In this document: positions 53,535 through 64,000 of the stretch, piece by piece
Layout of the letters: each line of letters begins with the position of its first letter
Numbering within the stretch: position 1 is the first letter of the stretch
Assembly (NCBI GenBank): GCA_002840365.1
Contig: PHAO01000001.1
Location: 15,594 to 79,593, forward strand
Length of the DNA: 64,000 nucleotides
Origin: Candidatus Dojkabacteria bacterium HGW-Dojkabacteria-1
GTDB taxonomy: Bacteria; Patescibacteriota; Dojkabacteria; SC72
Reading direction: 5' to 3'
The notes under the pieces: generated by a model
Told to the model about the DNA's origin: nothing
The model's input: the letters and a program-made list of their open reading frames with translations, nothing else
Databases searched by the model: none
Translations under genes and position numbers: made by a program

Positions 53535-55242
53535 ATTTTTGTTTTTCTTTAGTTAAATTTTGGTATTCAGAGAGAAGTTTTTCACTTTCTTTTTGTTCTC
53601 CTTTAGCTTCAGCTACCGCTATCTTAACATTATACTCTTTCTCTTTCTTTGAAAAGTAATCTTTAACAATATTATTGTAAAGATCGTCTAATTCCTTTAA
53701 ATCGGTTTCTTTTTCGGAGAAAGAAAAAATGGCATCTTCGATAATTTGTTTTAAGGTTGTACCTTCAAAATGTTCAAGTAGATCTGCTCTTGTTGTTGTA
53801 TCCTTTTTACTTATATACAAAAGGATTTTATATATATCAGAATAGTCTTTAAAGTATTTGATGTCGTGGTACTTCGGAAGTTTTATCTCATTGAAAAACA
53901 GCAATTGCCTTATGTAGACTGCTTCTCTTGATATTTTCCTCTTGGAATTTTCACTAAAGGGCAAAATCGCACGATTTGGTTGTTGTAGAGCCCTTTTGTT
54001 GGGCATTTGGATTTTGCCTATTTGACGGGCTTTTTCCACATAGAAATTTCGATTTGTGGATACTACTTCGTTTTTGAGCATCCTCTCTACCCATGAAACA
54101 GTCTTTTGATAATCTTGCAGATTGCTGAGGTTTTTATCTTTTATATACTCTGTAAACATGTAGGTAAAGGTGTCAATTCTCTTTTTAATAATTTTGAAAA
54201 ACAATTCGGGTTGTTTAGATATTAATTCATCTATATCCTTGTAAGGAGACGTGTTCGCTGCATATGTACTTAGGCCTAGCTCTTGGGAGAGTAGAAATCC
54301 CCTTTCTAGTGCTTGTTGACCTGCACTATCATTATCAAATAGAAAAAGGATGTTCTTAGAAAGTTTAGAAAGCTTCTCGAGTTGTTCTTTTGTAAGTGCT
54401 GTACCAAGTGGAGCGACGATATTTTTTACGCCTATTTGATGAGCAGAGATTACATCTGTTGTTCCCTCACAAACTATTGCTAAATCTAGCTTTCTAATCT
54501 CTTGTCTTGATTCATACTGTCCATAAAGATTATCCTTTTTGTGATATATTTCAGTTTCTGGAGAATTCATATATTTTGGACCGAAATCGTTACCTGGAAG
54601 TACTCTTCCTGTAAATGCAATTACTTTTCCAGAGCTTGATCTAATTGGAAACATTATTCTAAGAAAGAATTTTGATCTTATCTTTCCCTCCTTTTCAACA
54701 AAAATCCCAGATCGTAAAAGCTCCTCTTTAGAATATTTTGTTTCTTTCTGGATATAGTCTAAAAGGCCATTACTATCAGAAGAGAATCCAATACCAAAGG
54801 TTTTTATACTTTCATCTGTAATACCTCTTCCTTTTACATATTCCAAAGCTTTAATATTTTTGGGGTTATGAAGAGATTTGTAGAAAAAGATTGCAGCCCT
54901 TTTGTTAATCTCTTCTAATCTTGAGTATCTTGTATTATCTTTTGGTTTAACAAGTTCTACTCCAGCTTCTTTTGCTAATTTTTCTAAGGTTTCTGGAAAA
55001 TCTATATGTTCAATGTTCTGAACAAAATTAAAGATGTCACCAGATGCACCACAGCCAAAGCATTTATATCTTTGAAGTTCAGGACTAACTATAAAGGAGG
55101 GAGTCTTTTCAGAGTGAAAAGGACAAAGGCCAGAGAAGTTTTTACCAGCTTGTTTTAATTGAACATATTTTCCAACTATATCTACAACGTCTAAACGGCT
55201 TCTTATTTCTTCAATTTGATTCCTATTTGAATCCATATGCAA
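53512..55242 (-). CDS. dnaG: DNA primase.
   Basis: It has a zinc-binding domain (CPFHSEKTPSFIVSPELQRYKCFGCGASGD), a TOPRIM domain (IVCEGTTDVISAHQIG…LFDNDSAGQQA) and a C-terminal helicase-interaction region. Confidence 0.85.
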   Translation of the reverse strand: MHMDSNRNQIEEIRSRLDVVDIVGKYVQLKQAGKNFSGLCPFHSEKTPSFIVSPELQRYKCFGCGASGDIFNFVQNIEHIDFPETLEKLAKEAGVELVKPKDNTRYSRLEEINKRAAIFFYKSLHNPKNIKALEYVKGRGITDESIKTFGIGFSSDSNGLLDYIQKETKYSKEELLRSGIFVEKEGKIRSKFFLRIMFPIRSSSGKVIAFTGRVLPGNDFGPKYMNSPETEIYHKKDNLYGQYESRQEIRKLDLAIVCEGTTDVISAHQIGVKNIVAPLGTALTKEQLEKLSKLSKNILFLFDNDSAGQQALERGFLLSQELGLSTYAANTSPYKDIDELISKQPELFFKIIKKRIDTFTYMFTEYIKDKNLSNLQDYQKTVSWVERMLKNEVVSTNRNFYVEKARQIGKIQMPNKRALQQPNRAILPFSENSKRKISREAVYIRQLLFFNEIKLPKYHDIKYFKDYSDIYKILLYISKKDTTTRADLLEHFEGTTLKQIIEDAIFSFSEKETDLKELDDLYNNIVKDYFSKKEKEYNVKIAVAEAKGEQKESEKLLSEYQNLTKEKQKYEQNSKL

Positions 55243-55263
55243 ATTATACCAGTTTTATGCCCT

Positions 55264-56211
55264 TTATATGCACTCTAAGCCTGTATTTTGTATTTTGCAT
55301 GTAATTTGTCCAACCCCTGTGTTTTGGCTAGAGGATATTTTAATCTCTTCACCATTAATTAAAAGTTGTGTGCTTTGTACTTTTCCAGTAACTAATGTTA
55401 GTTCTCTTTCGAGTGTAAATTCTTGTTGAGTATTTGGATCCAGTATTTGAGAAACCTTGTTTACACCATCAATATCTAGTTTTATCCATGATGCTGCATT
55501 TGATATTTTCAATTCCACTTTATATTCATTTGTAGCTTCTTCCTGTTCAGTTATTTCATCATCTGCTTGAACTACATAGAGGACTTTGAGAGTCTTTGTG
55601 GTCTCAAGTTGATTGTTTGAATTTTTTTTTGATGTAATGCTAATTGTATTTACACCCTCTTTAAGTTCTATTTCTTTTTCAAAGTACCCTAGGGAGTCTG
55701 TTTCGACTGGTTCTCCATTTATTGTTACAGAGGAAGTTGATTCTGTATTTCCCTTAACAATGACGAAATTTTCTTCAGTCCTATGTTCATCAAGAGGCTC
55801 TACGATTGTTAATTGTGGAGGTGTTTGAAATTTGAATATTTGATAACCAATATATCCAACAACCGAAAGAAAGAATACTACTAGTAATACAATGGCAAAT
55901 ATTTGTGGGGTTATACCAATTTTAAAACTATTTTTTCTTTGAATTACATTTTTCTTCTCCTCTTCCCTTTTTCCGTTCTTTAAATTACTTCTTCTGTATA
56001 TTGCAAGAAGTTTCTCAACATCTAAACCAAGATACTTGGAATATATTTTGATAAAGCCGGAAACAAAAACCTCTGAATCAAATTTTTCATATTGATTGTT
56101 TTCTATGTATTCGAGAAATCTTTTTTGAATCTTTGTGTCTACAGATACTGTATTTAAATCCTTACCTAAAGATTCTCTCTTGTTTTTTAATACTTCTCCT
56201 GCTGTAATCAT
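55264..56211 (-). CDS. RodZ-like bitopic protein (HTH_XRE with an extracytoplasmic beta domain).
   Basis: The N-terminal HTH (ITAGEVLKNKRESLGKDLNTVSVDTKIQKRFLEYIEN) is followed by a transmembrane helix and then a periplasmic DUF4115-like beta domain. Confidence 0.55.
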   Translation of the reverse strand: MITAGEVLKNKRESLGKDLNTVSVDTKIQKRFLEYIENNQYEKFDSEVFVSGFIKIYSKYLGLDVEKLLAIYRRSNLKNGKREEEKKNVIQRKNSFKIGITPQIFAIVLLVVFFLSVVGYIGYQIFKFQTPPQLTIVEPLDEHRTEENFVIVKGNTESTSSVTINGEPVETDSLGYFEKEIELKEGVNTISITSKKNSNNQLETTKTLKVLYVVQADDEITEQEEATNEYKVELKISNAASWIKLDIDGVNKVSQILDPNTQQEFTLERELTLVTGKVQSTQLLINGEEIKISSSQNTGVGQITCKIQNTGLECI

Positions 56212-56233
56212 GGCTAAAAGAGTATATCAAACT

Positions 56234-58435
56234 CTAGTAATCTTGTGTTGATTCTTCACCTAATATTTCCTCTGGAGAGTTTACAAGAACATCTCTTGGC
56301 TTAGAACTGTTGTCATGTTGGGCTGCAATGGCTCCTGCCTCTTCAAGCTGCTCGATTAATCTAGAGGCTTTGTTGTAACCAATTTTAAGTCTTCTTTGAA
56401 GTAGTGATGCAGATGCTTTTCCTTCACCAATGACAATCTTAAGTGCTATTGCAAATTCTGGTTCCCTTTCTCCACTTGATGATCCAGGTTCTGCCTGTGG
56501 CCTTTCGATTGCACTCTTGAGCTCTTCTGAATATACAGGTGTTTCATCACTGATTTGAGCTTTAACCTGTTGAATGATATCTTCTGTGTCCTCTGTTGAG
56601 ATGAAGGTTCCTTGGATTCTGATAGATTTAGGCATTGTCTGATCTTTGAAAAGCATATCTCCACTTCCAAGCAGATTCTCTGCTCCTGTTTGGTCAAGGA
56701 TTACCCTTGAGTCCATAGAGGATGTTACTGCAAATGCCATTCTTCCAGGGATATTTGATTTTATTAATCCCGTAATTACCTCTACAATTGGTTTTTGAGT
56801 TGCAAGTATTAGGTGTACTCCAACAGCTCTACCCATTTGTGCAAGTCTTTGAATTTTAGGTTCAACCTCTTTTCCTGCAACGAGCATTAAATCTGCCATT
56901 TCATCTACCACAATTACAAGATATGGCATTGCTGTATATCCAATTTTCTTGTTGTATTCTGTTATCTTTCTTACTCTCGCTTGCTCAAGCATTCTGTACC
57001 TTCTCATCATTTCCTCTATGGACCAGTTAAGAGCATTCACCACTAGTTCCATATCGGTAATAATTGGGGTAAGAAGATGTGGAATTCCATTATATGGAGT
57101 CATTTCTACTCTCTTCGGGTCTACCATTATTAATTTCATTTCATCGGGAGTTTTTGTTAGAAGTAAACCTGCAAGAATGGCATTTATACCAACAGATTTA
57201 CCAGTGTTTGTCGCACCTGCTACTAGTAAATGAGGAATATTTACCAAGTCTTTAATAACTGTTTGACCTGCAATATCTTTTCCTAAAATCATTGGCAATT
57301 CGTATTTGTCAGCTTGAGAAAGAAGCTTTCTAGCCATTTCTTTTGCATATACAAAGTTTGGTGTTTTGTTAGGTATTTCTATACCTACATATGAAGTACC
57401 TGGAATTGGAGTCTCTATTCTAATGAGCTCCTTATTGATCATTAAAGATACGGCCAAATTATCAACTAAGCTCTTAATCTTTGCTACTCTAGTATCTGCA
57501 GCTAGACTTAATGCGTATCTTACTACTGTAGGTCCTATTTCTACTTTTACAGCTTTCGCAGCTATTCCGAAATTCTTTAAAACTCTTTCTATTACCTGAG
57601 AATCATTTTTGTATGCTTCTTGGTTCTGTGTTGCTTTTTGTGGTTCTTGTAAATTGTCAATCTTTGGATATACCCAGTTTGGATACCTTGGTTCTGAAGG
57701 GGAAACGTGTTCCGTATTTGTTGTATTGGTAGTGGTTGGTGTCTTGGAGCTAATATTTGAAAAATCAATATCATTTTCTACAGATCCTGAAATTACCGGC
57801 TCAGATCCCTGTTGGACGTTTTCTTCCTCTAACAATGGGATTTGTTCATCATCTTCTAGCCCACTTATTATCAATTTTTCTCCCTTTCCTTCACCACTAA
57901 ATTTGTCCTTCATGTCTCCTAACTTAATATTGCTAAACATTTGATGTAAGAATGCTGTAATTTCCTCTAATTTAACACCTGTAATAAAGGAGAAGGCCAC
58001 TATTAGGAGTATGAGTAGTATTACAAGCTCTATTATATTTCCAAATGCATTGTTAATTGTTAAATGAAGTAATCTACCAAATGTCCCACCAGCTCTTTCT
58101 AATCCTTCAGGATTCTCTAAAGCTTCTTTAGGTAGCCAGAATGTAAAAAGAGTATTAAGAGTTATTGCTAAGAGAGAGACACCTGCTATCCTCGATGGAT
58201 TTTTTGCACTCTTACCTTTAGTTAAGAGACTTATTGATATCAAAAGAACAGCTATACCCCAAATGCTTGATGGCCATCCTAGTAATCTTGATATATATAT
58301 GAATATATGTGCTTGCTGTCCAACTATGGGTGCAATGAGTAATGCTATACCTAATACAAAGAGTATTAATCCAAAGAATATCTTTGTTTCTGAGCTCTTA
58401 ATATTAATATTTTCTTTCTTTTTCTTGCGGGGCAT
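56234..58435 (-). CDS. ftsK: DNA translocase FtsK/SpoIIIE.
   Basis: N-terminal transmembrane helices are followed by a linker and a motor domain with Walker A VAGATNTGKSVGINA and Walker B VVDEMADL. The C-terminal gamma domain is ASASLLQRRLKIGYNKASRLIEQLEEAGAI. The start was trimmed to MPRKKKK at 58435. Confidence 0.8.
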   Translation of the reverse strand: MPRKKKKENINIKSSETKIFFGLILFVLGIALLIAPIVGQQAHIFIYISRLLGWPSSIWGIAVLLISISLLTKGKSAKNPSRIAGVSLLAITLNTLFTFWLPKEALENPEGLERAGGTFGRLLHLTINNAFGNIIELVILLILLIVAFSFITGVKLEEITAFLHQMFSNIKLGDMKDKFSGEGKGEKLIISGLEDDEQIPLLEEENVQQGSEPVISGSVENDIDFSNISSKTPTTTNTTNTEHVSPSEPRYPNWVYPKIDNLQEPQKATQNQEAYKNDSQVIERVLKNFGIAAKAVKVEIGPTVVRYALSLAADTRVAKIKSLVDNLAVSLMINKELIRIETPIPGTSYVGIEIPNKTPNFVYAKEMARKLLSQADKYELPMILGKDIAGQTVIKDLVNIPHLLVAGATNTGKSVGINAILAGLLLTKTPDEMKLIMVDPKRVEMTPYNGIPHLLTPIITDMELVVNALNWSIEEMMRRYRMLEQARVRKITEYNKKIGYTAMPYLVIVVDEMADLMLVAGKEVEPKIQRLAQMGRAVGVHLILATQKPIVEVITGLIKSNIPGRMAFAVTSSMDSRVILDQTGAENLLGSGDMLFKDQTMPKSIRIQGTFISTEDTEDIIQQVKAQISDETPVYSEELKSAIERPQAEPGSSSGEREPEFAIALKIVIGEGKASASLLQRRLKIGYNKASRLIEQLEEAGAIAAQHDNSSKPRDVLVNSPEEILGEESTQDY

Positions 58436-58612
58436 TGTAGTAAATTTTGAATATATATAATAATAGAGGAATATATACTTTTTGACAAAGGTTTTCCAGT
58501 GATATAATATCTTTAATATCCAGACAATGCAAAGTGTAAAAAACCTTTGACTATATTGCACAAATATGATAAACTCCCCAGAGTTACCTAATTTTGCTTT
58601 AATTGACGGGGT

Positions 58613-58646
58613 TATTGCTGTTTTTATAAACCATTTCTAGTATGGT
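58613..58646 (+). promoter_or_regulatory. Candidate promoter upstream of rpoB.
   Basis: TTGACG (58613-58618) is followed by a 17-nt spacer and then ATAAAC, a TATAAA-like -10. The match is weak. Confidence 0.3.
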
Positions 58647-58699
58647 TTGTGTACCCCCTCGTGCATGCATGTAATTTATAACCTATAAATAATTGTCCT

Positions 58700-61600
58700 A
58701 TGGTAGAACCCAAGCGTAACAGAGCTTCCAGAATAAACCTAGGGAAAGGATTCTCCTCAACATTTGAGATCCCTAGCCTGATAGAAGCTCAAAAGACCTC
58801 CTTTAAGGATTTCTATGAGAGTGGGTTCAAGAGACTATTCGATGAAATTAATCCTGTTAAGGATACTATGGAACGAATGTGGACTCTTGAATTTAAATCT
58901 TTTAGATATGGAGATCCATACAGAGGTATTGAGGAGGCGATTGCAAAAGGTCTTTCATACGAACTTCCAGTATATGCTACTGTACAACTTCTAAACAACA
59001 AGACAGGAGAGATAAAAGAGCAAGAAATATTCGTTGCTGATTTACCCATGATGACTGATGATGGGGCTTTTGTCGTAAATGGTGTTAGAAGAGTTGTTAC
59101 ACATCAGATTGTAAGAGCAGAGGGAGTTTTGTTTGAGGAAGCGGATGCTTTACCTTACAAATCTCTTTACAAGGCAAGGTTAATGCCTGGTAGAGGTCCA
59201 TGGTATGAGATAGAAGTAAACAAATACAACGTTATCTCTATGCGTATCCTTCCTAAGAGACCAAGAGTTTTAATTACTGAATTCTTGAGAGTATTAGGAT
59301 ATGAAAGTGACCAAGAGATATTAAAGCTTTTCAAAGATGTAGATACTAACGAAGAACATAAATATATTGAGGCAACATTGGCTAGAGATTTCACCAAGAG
59401 TAAGGAAGATGCAATTATAAGTATATATAACAAATTAAGACCAGATGAATCTGTTACTTTGGAAAGTGCAGAGAAATATATAAAGAGTAATTTCTTTAGT
59501 AAGAGAAAATTTGATTTAGGAAAGATTGGAAGATACCAATTAAATAGAAAATTAGGAACATCATATGATGTAAATAATCCCGATGAAGCAGTACTCTATC
59601 CAGATGACATTATCCAAATAGTTAGAAAGTTAATAAAGATAAATAATGGAGTTGAAGCTCCAGATGATATTGACCATCTTTGTAACAGAAGAATTAGAAG
59701 TGTTGGAGAAGTTTTGGAAAGGCAGTTGCTAGCAGGTATTAGAAGATTAGAAAAGAATATCAAAGATAAGATGAGTTTGTATGGTCAAGATGCAAAGGTT
59801 ACACCATCTATGCTAGTTGGTACAAAGCCTATTGCTGCATCCATTCAATCCTTCTTTGGTGCAAACCAACTTTCAACATTCATGGATCAGACAAATATTT
59901 TGGCAGAACTTGAGAACAAGAGAAAAGTTACCGCAGCTGGACCAGGAGGTATTGTAAAAGAGAGGGCAACATTCTCTATCCGTGAGGTTCATAACTCTCA
60001 ATATGCAAAATTCGACCCTGTTACAAGTCCTGAAAGTGCAAATATCGGTGTTGTTACACAATTATCAATACTTGCAAGGATAAATGAATATGGATTTTTA
60101 GAATCTCCTTACAGAAAAGTAATAAAGGAAGTTAAGAATACAAAAGCAGATTTGCTTAACAGAATATTAGACGAATCTATTGCAGGTATTGCAAAGAAAG
60201 GTAGTAGAATTACAAAAGAGGTGGCTGAGAAGATTTCAGCACAGAAGAATATTAAAGGTGTCAAAGTAGTACCATTTGTATCAGAAGAGATTGACTATCT
60301 TGATTCATTGGATGAAGAGGATAAATATATAAGTATTGCTACAATTCAAACTGATGAATACAACAATATTACAGAAGCTCTTGCTCCTGTAAGACATGAA
60401 GGTGATTTCCTTTTGGAAGATGTAAATCTTGTTACACATGTAGATGTTTTGACATATCAGCAAGCAGGACTCGGAATGGCACTCATTCCATTTGTATCAC
60501 ATGATGACGCTATGAGAGCCTTGGCTGGTGCAAATATGCAAAGACAGGGAGTACCTTTGATTAAGCAGCAAGCACCTCTTGTAGGAACAGGTGTTGAAGA
60601 AATTGTTGCAAGACAATCAAACTGGAGTGTCTTTGCACAGGAAGAAGGGGAAGTTGTATATGTTGATGCAGGAAGAGTATCTGTACAATACAAGAAGTCA
60701 GGATTACAAGATTACAAACTCGTTACCTTCTATAGATCAAATGATAATACCTGTTTTAGCCAAAAACCTGCAGTACAACCTGGTCAAAAACTTAAAAAAG
60801 GAGATGTAATAGTTGATGGACCAACATGTCTCAATGGAGAATTAGCAATTGGTACTAACCTTAGGGCAGCATTAATGTTCTATGAAGGTTACAACTATGA
60901 AGATGCTGTAGTTATCTCAGAAAGAGTTGTAAGAGATGATTTACTAACATCAGTTCACATTAGAGAACATAAGGTTGAAGTAAGAGATACAGAATTAGGT
61001 CCAGAAGTAATTACCGCAGATATTCCTCATGTAAATGACAGAATATTACAGAAATTAGATATGGCTGGAATAATTCGTGAAGGAATGAAAGTTAAAGCTG
61101 GGGATATATTAGTAGGTGTCATTGCTCCTCGTGGAGAGAAAGAATTAACTGCAGAAGAGAGATTGCTTAGAGCAATCTTTGGAGAATCTGCAAGTGATGT
61201 AAGAGATAACTCTCTAAGATTACCTCACGGAGAAGAGGGTATCGTTATCCATACACAAAGGCTGTCTACAGACAAGGGAGACAAGTTACCTCCTGGAGTA
61301 TTAGAAGAGGTTAAGGTATGGGTTGCAGATACTAAGACATTAGGATATGGAGACAAAATATCTGGAAGACACGGAGACAAGAATACTGTAGCAGCTATCA
61401 GACCAATTGAAGATATGCCTTTCACTGCAGATGGAGAACCTGTTGATATTGTATTAACTCCTACATTCCTTAAGCGTATGAATATGGGTCAGGCTGAGGA
61501 GGTACACTTTGGATTGTATGCAAAACTTCTCAAAGAGAAGTTCGCATTCCCTCTTTTTGAAGGTGTAAACATGGAATGGTTGGAAAAGGAGATGGCAAAG

Positions 61601-62047
61601 AATGGTTTCAAAGTTGAACAGAAAGTAGATCTTTATGATGGAAGAACAGGTAAGAAGTTCCCAAGAAAAGTTACTGTGGGTATAAAGTATACACTTAAGT
61701 TACACCACATTGCTGACGAAAAAGTACATGCAAGATCAACTGGACCATACACTGCAGTTACACAGCAACCTCTCGGAGGAAAAGCTCAAAGAGGTGGTCA
61801 GAGATTTGGAGAAATGGAAGTCTGGGCATTGGAAGCACATGGTGCACCATATGCACTACAAGAGATGCTTACCATTAAATCTGATGATGTAAAAGGTAGA
61901 TCAAGCGCTTACAAAGCCATTATCCATGGTGAAAAGATAGAGAGTGTAAATGTCCCTGAATCATTCAAGGTATTAATCAAAGAATTAAACGCTCTATGTC
62001 TTAATATGGAATTAATTTCTAAGAACTCAGAGGAGGTCGAAGAATAA
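58700..62047 (+). CDS. rpoB: DNA-directed RNA polymerase subunit beta.
   Basis: It is 1115 aa with conserved RpoB blocks throughout, including …GRHGDKNTVAAIRPIEDMPF… and …GGQRFGEMEVWALEAHGAPYALQEMLT…. Confidence 0.9.
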   Translation: MVEPKRNRASRINLGKGFSSTFEIPSLIEAQKTSFKDFYESGFKRLFDEINPVKDTMERMWTLEFKSFRYGDPYRGIEEAIAKGLSYELPVYATVQLLNNKTGEIKEQEIFVADLPMMTDDGAFVVNGVRRVVTHQIVRAEGVLFEEADALPYKSLYKARLMPGRGPWYEIEVNKYNVISMRILPKRPRVLITEFLRVLGYESDQEILKLFKDVDTNEEHKYIEATLARDFTKSKEDAIISIYNKLRPDESVTLESAEKYIKSNFFSKRKFDLGKIGRYQLNRKLGTSYDVNNPDEAVLYPDDIIQIVRKLIKINNGVEAPDDIDHLCNRRIRSVGEVLERQLLAGIRRLEKNIKDKMSLYGQDAKVTPSMLVGTKPIAASIQSFFGANQLSTFMDQTNILAELENKRKVTAAGPGGIVKERATFSIREVHNSQYAKFDPVTSPESANIGVVTQLSILARINEYGFLESPYRKVIKEVKNTKADLLNRILDESIAGIAKKGSRITKEVAEKISAQKNIKGVKVVPFVSEEIDYLDSLDEEDKYISIATIQTDEYNNITEALAPVRHEGDFLLEDVNLVTHVDVLTYQQAGLGMALIPFVSHDDAMRALAGANMQRQGVPLIKQQAPLVGTGVEEIVARQSNWSVFAQEEGEVVYVDAGRVSVQYKKSGLQDYKLVTFYRSNDNTCFSQKPAVQPGQKLKKGDVIVDGPTCLNGELAIGTNLRAALMFYEGYNYEDAVVISERVVRDDLLTSVHIREHKVEVRDTELGPEVITADIPHVNDRILQKLDMAGIIREGMKVKAGDILVGVIAPRGEKELTAEERLLRAIFGESASDVRDNSLRLPHGEEGIVIHTQRLSTDKGDKLPPGVLEEVKVWVADTKTLGYGDKISGRHGDKNTVAAIRPIEDMPFTADGEPVDIVLTPTFLKRMNMGQAEEVHFGLYAKLLKEKFAFPLFEGVNMEWLEKEMAKNGFKVEQKVDLYDGRTGKKFPRKVTVGIKYTLKLHHIADEKVHARSTGPYTAVTQQPLGGKAQRGGQRFGEMEVWALEAHGAPYALQEMLTIKSDDVKGRSSAYKAIIHGEKIESVNVPESFKVLIKELNALCLNMELISKNSEEVEE

Positions 62048-64000
62048 TGAATAACAAAAGAAATATATTTGAAAATTTTGAGGCTCTAAAATTAACTCTC
62101 GCTTCCCCCGAACAGGTATTAGACTGGTCATATGGAGAAGTAACAAAAGCTGAAACAATTAACTATAGAACATTTAGAGCAGAACCAGATGGTCTTTTCT
62201 GTGAAAAGATCTTTGGTCCTACAAAGAACTATGAATGTTACTGTGGTAAGTACAAGAAGATTAGATATAAGGGGATAGTATGTGATAAATGTGGAGTTGA
62301 GGTAACAACCAAGGACGTAAGAAGAGAAAGAATGGGTCATCTTAAGTTAGCAGTACCTGTTGCCCATGTTTGGTTTGCATATGGTATTCCAAACAAGATG
62401 TCTATTGTTCTTAATATGTCACACAAAAAGCTTCTCTCTGTCATATATTACACAAGATATATGGTTGTAAATGTTGAGACTGAGAAGAGAAAAGATATTC
62501 TTGTAAAGATAGAAGATTTAAGAAAGAGTGACATTGAAGGTTTACAAGCAGAACTTGATGAAGAGTTAAAAGTTACAGAAGAGATGTTCAACAAGGATTT
62601 GAAATCTTTGAAGAAAGAAAAAGAAGGTTCTGATTTTAAGGTAAGCCAACTTGATCACAAGAAAAAGCAAACTCTTGCAAAAACAAGAAGAGAATATGCA
62701 GAAAGGCAAGAGGAGTTAGATGCCTTCTATGTAAGACTCCAACAAATTGTTGAAAAGATTGAAACAGGATCAGTACTAACAGAAGACGAATATATAGACT
62801 TACAGGATAGAGACTTACTCTTCTTCGAGGCAATGATGGGTGCAGAAGCAGTTAAGAAACTTCTTGAAAGTTTAGACATTGAGAAAGAATTAAAGAGTTT
62901 AAGAAGATCAGCAAAAAAGGAGAAGGGAGACAAGAAGGCTGCAACTATAAGAAGAATTCAATATCTTGAAGGTTTTAAGAAGAATGGTATAGACCCAAGT
63001 TGGATGGTCATTGATATATTACCAGTACTTCCACCAGACCTAAGACCAATTATTCCTCTATCAGGAGGGAAATTTGCAACCTCTGACCTAAACGATTTAT
63101 ACAGAAGAATCATAAACAGAAACAATCGTTTAGCAAGATTAATAGAGATAGGTGCTCCAGATGTAATACTTAGAAACGAAAAGAGAATGCTTCAAGAATC
63201 TGTAGATGCAGTTATCGATAACTCACACAGACCTTCTAAGCCAATGATGAATAACAAGAGACTCCCTTACCAGTCATTAACAGATGATTTAAGAGGAAAA
63301 AAGGGTATCTTCAGAAAGAACTTACTCGGAAAACGTGTTGACTATTCAGGTCGTGCCGTTATCGTAGGAGACCCAAGTTTGAAATTAGACCAATGTGGTC
63401 TACCTAAATCAATCGCTTTAGAAATGTTTAAACCATTTGTAATTCACCAACTTTTAGAACAGGAAGCTGCACCAAATGTAAGAATTGCAAAAGATATGAT
63501 AGAAGAAGAGCAAGATATCATTTGGGACTTACTTGAAAAAGTTATAGACGGAAAACCTGTATTACTAAATCGTGCACCAACACTTCACAAGTATAGTATT
63601 CAAGGATTCTATCCAAGACTGGTAGAGGGTGAAGCTATTAGATTACACCCACTTGTATGTAAAGCGTTCAATGCAGACTTCGACGGAGACCAAATGTCAG
63701 TACACCTTCTTCTTACAAAGGAAGCTTTGGAAGAAGCAAAGAGAGAAATTATGGCATCAAAAAACATTGTAAATATTTCAAATGGACAGGTATTAGCAAC
63801 TCCCGCAAAGGATATGTTGATAGGGTTCTTCTTAATGACAGATATGAATGAAGTGGAAAATCCTAGAATGTTTGCATCTACAGACTTAGCAATTAAGGCA
63901 TACGAGAGAGACATTCTTGATATTAACGAGGCTATTCTTGTAAAGATTAATGGTGAAGTTGTAAAGACTTCTGCAGGAAGATGTATATTTAATACCGCAC
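62047..64000 (+). CDS. rpoC: DNA-directed RNA polymerase subunit beta-prime (5' portion; the gene runs off the window end).
   Basis: The ATG overlaps the rpoB TAA. The N-terminus is MNNKRNIFENFEALKLTLASPEQVLDWSYGEV…, with the zinc finger CYCGKYKK…CDKCGVEV, then …NADFDGDQMSVH (the catalytic DFDGD motif) near 63680. Confidence 0.9.
   Translation, partial: MNNKRNIFENFEALKLTLASPEQVLDWSYGEVTKAETINYRTFRAEPDGLFCEKIFGPTKNYECYCGKYKKIRYKGIVCDKCGVEVTTKDVRRERMGHLKLAVPVAHVWFAYGIPNKMSIVLNMSHKKLLSVIYYTRYMVVNVETEKRKDILVKIEDLRKSDIEGLQAELDEELKVTEEMFNKDLKSLKKEKEGSDFKVSQLDHKKKQTLAKTRREYAERQEELDAFYVRLQQIVEKIETGSVLTEDEYIDLQDRDLLFFEAMMGAEAVKKLLESLDIEKELKSLRRSAKKEKGDKKAATIRRIQYLEGFKKNGIDPSWMVIDILPVLPPDLRPIIPLSGGKFATSDLNDLYRRIINRNNRLARLIEIGAPDVILRNEKRMLQESVDAVIDNSHRPSKPMMNNKRLPYQSLTDDLRGKKGIFRKNLLGKRVDYSGRAVIVGDPSLKLDQCGLPKSIALEMFKPFVIHQLLEQEAAPNVRIAKDMIEEEQDIIWDLLEKVIDGKPVLLNRAPTLHKYSIQGFYPRLVEGEAIRLHPLVCKAFNADFDGDQMSVHLLLTKEALEEAKREIMASKNIVNISNGQVLATPAKDMLIGFFLMTDMNEVENPRMFASTDLAIKAYERDILDINEAILVKINGEVVKTSAGRCIFNTA

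Overview
This AT-rich, gene-dense bacterial chromosomal window looks like a small-genome Patescibacteria/CPR-type organism; that lineage call is inference from gene content (form II/III RuBisCO, many pilin-like genes, short aminoacyl-tRNA synthetases). It uses the standard genetic code: TGA, TAA and TAG all end well-conserved genes. The window contains the replication origin region: dnaA and dnaN on the minus strand, rpmH-rnpA-yidD-yidC-jag on the plus strand, and DnaA boxes in both flanking intergenic regions. Core information-processing genes present are rpoB, the 5' part of rpoC, rpoD, dnaG, ftsK, valS (with a T-box leader), metG, RNase J, smpB, tmRNA (ssrA), ksgA and nfo. There are seven tRNA genes, including a tRNA with a UAU anticodon, and a 5' fragment of a form II/III RuBisCO runs off the window start. 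The accessory content is the most interesting part. (1) A co-directional minus-strand array from about 2.2 to 15.5 kb holds a type IV secretion-type P-loop ATPase, a SpoIID/LytB-like wall hydrolase, five tandem VirB2/TrbC-like pilin paralogs (one with its own promoter and terminator) and a UvrD-helicase/PD-(D/E)xK-nuclease fusion. Together these look like a candidate DNA-transfer or uptake apparatus. (2) A SipW-type signal peptidase sits next to a TasA/camelysin-like cognate substrate and a Cys-rich small protein. (3) A 39-aa Lys-rich ORF with a consensus ribosome-binding site lies in the valS-metG spacer. (4) PilN/PilO-like genes, an FtsA/PilM-like actin ATPase and a type IV pilin-like gene with an atypical leader are scattered through the window. 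(5) An OmpR-family regulator has a degenerate receiver domain. (6) A cell-envelope glycan cluster comprises an epimerase-like large membrane protein, a PEGA protein and an MraY/WecA-family transferase. No CRISPR array, rRNA gene or obvious transposase was found.
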